From NCBI GenBank assembly GCA_046563655.1, contig CM102285.1, positions 6,634,001-6,698,000 on the forward strand: DNA of 64,000 nucleotides, given 5' to 3'. Shown piece after piece: positions 63,784-64,000 of the stretch (positions are counted from its first letter, which is position 1; the number at the start of each line of letters is the position of its first letter). The notes beneath the pieces are model-generated. The model saw nothing but the letters and a program-made list of their open reading frames with translations, did not search any database and had not been told where the DNA came from. Both the position numbers and the translations under genes were made by a program. This stretch comes from Yuukianura sp. NJ FZ-2021. Taxonomy: Eukaryota.

Positions 63784-64000
63784 CTGGGCTATCCGAGGAG
63801 TCAAAATTGCAAACCGAAATTATGCTTGCGAAAGCCCATCTGAAGTGTTCCAAGCTCAATTTTTCCCAATAAAATAATTTTCTTTCCATTAAAAACTCCC
63901 CAAAAAGTCATTCTGGGATATCCGAGGAGTCAAAATTGCAAACCGAAATTATGCTTGTGAAAGCCCATCTGAAGTGTTCCTAGCTCAATTTTTCACAAAA
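63784..64000 (+). repeat. Satellite B resumes in the same orientation and phase after the transposon
   Basis: CTGGGCTATCCGAGGAGTCAAAATTGCAAACCGAAATTATGC... continues the monomer interrupted at 62789. Confidence 0.98.

Noticed and set aside
63707..63889. 60-aa ORF ending in a basic KKKRR stretch
   Set aside because: It is a chimeric read-through from satellite into the right TIR, not a gene.

Overview
This window is non-coding, eukaryotic-type satellite DNA with no credible protein-coding gene. The ORFs on the track come almost entirely from satellite monomers or the N gap. Layout: (1) 1-6982, about 43 copies of an almost invariant 160/161-bp tandem repeat; (2) 6983-7082, a 100-N assembly gap; (3) 7083-64000, a more heterogeneous AT-rich ~128-bp satellite. 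The 128-bp array flips orientation exactly once, at a sharp palindromic junction (AAGCATAATT-caaaatcat-AATTATGCTT, 33782-33810), giving a >55-kb macro-inverted repeat whose two arms share rare variants in partly mirrored order. Near the right end it is interrupted by a 994-bp non-autonomous DNA transposon (62790-63783) with perfect 14-bp terminal inverted repeats (TIRs) and a CTG target-site duplication (TSD), a PIF/Harbinger-like signature. The element carries a dense cluster of AGGTCA half-sites, several hairpins and a possible tRNA-like Pol III cassette. The organism cannot be identified from the sequence alone. A centromeric or pericentromeric location is inferred, not shown.
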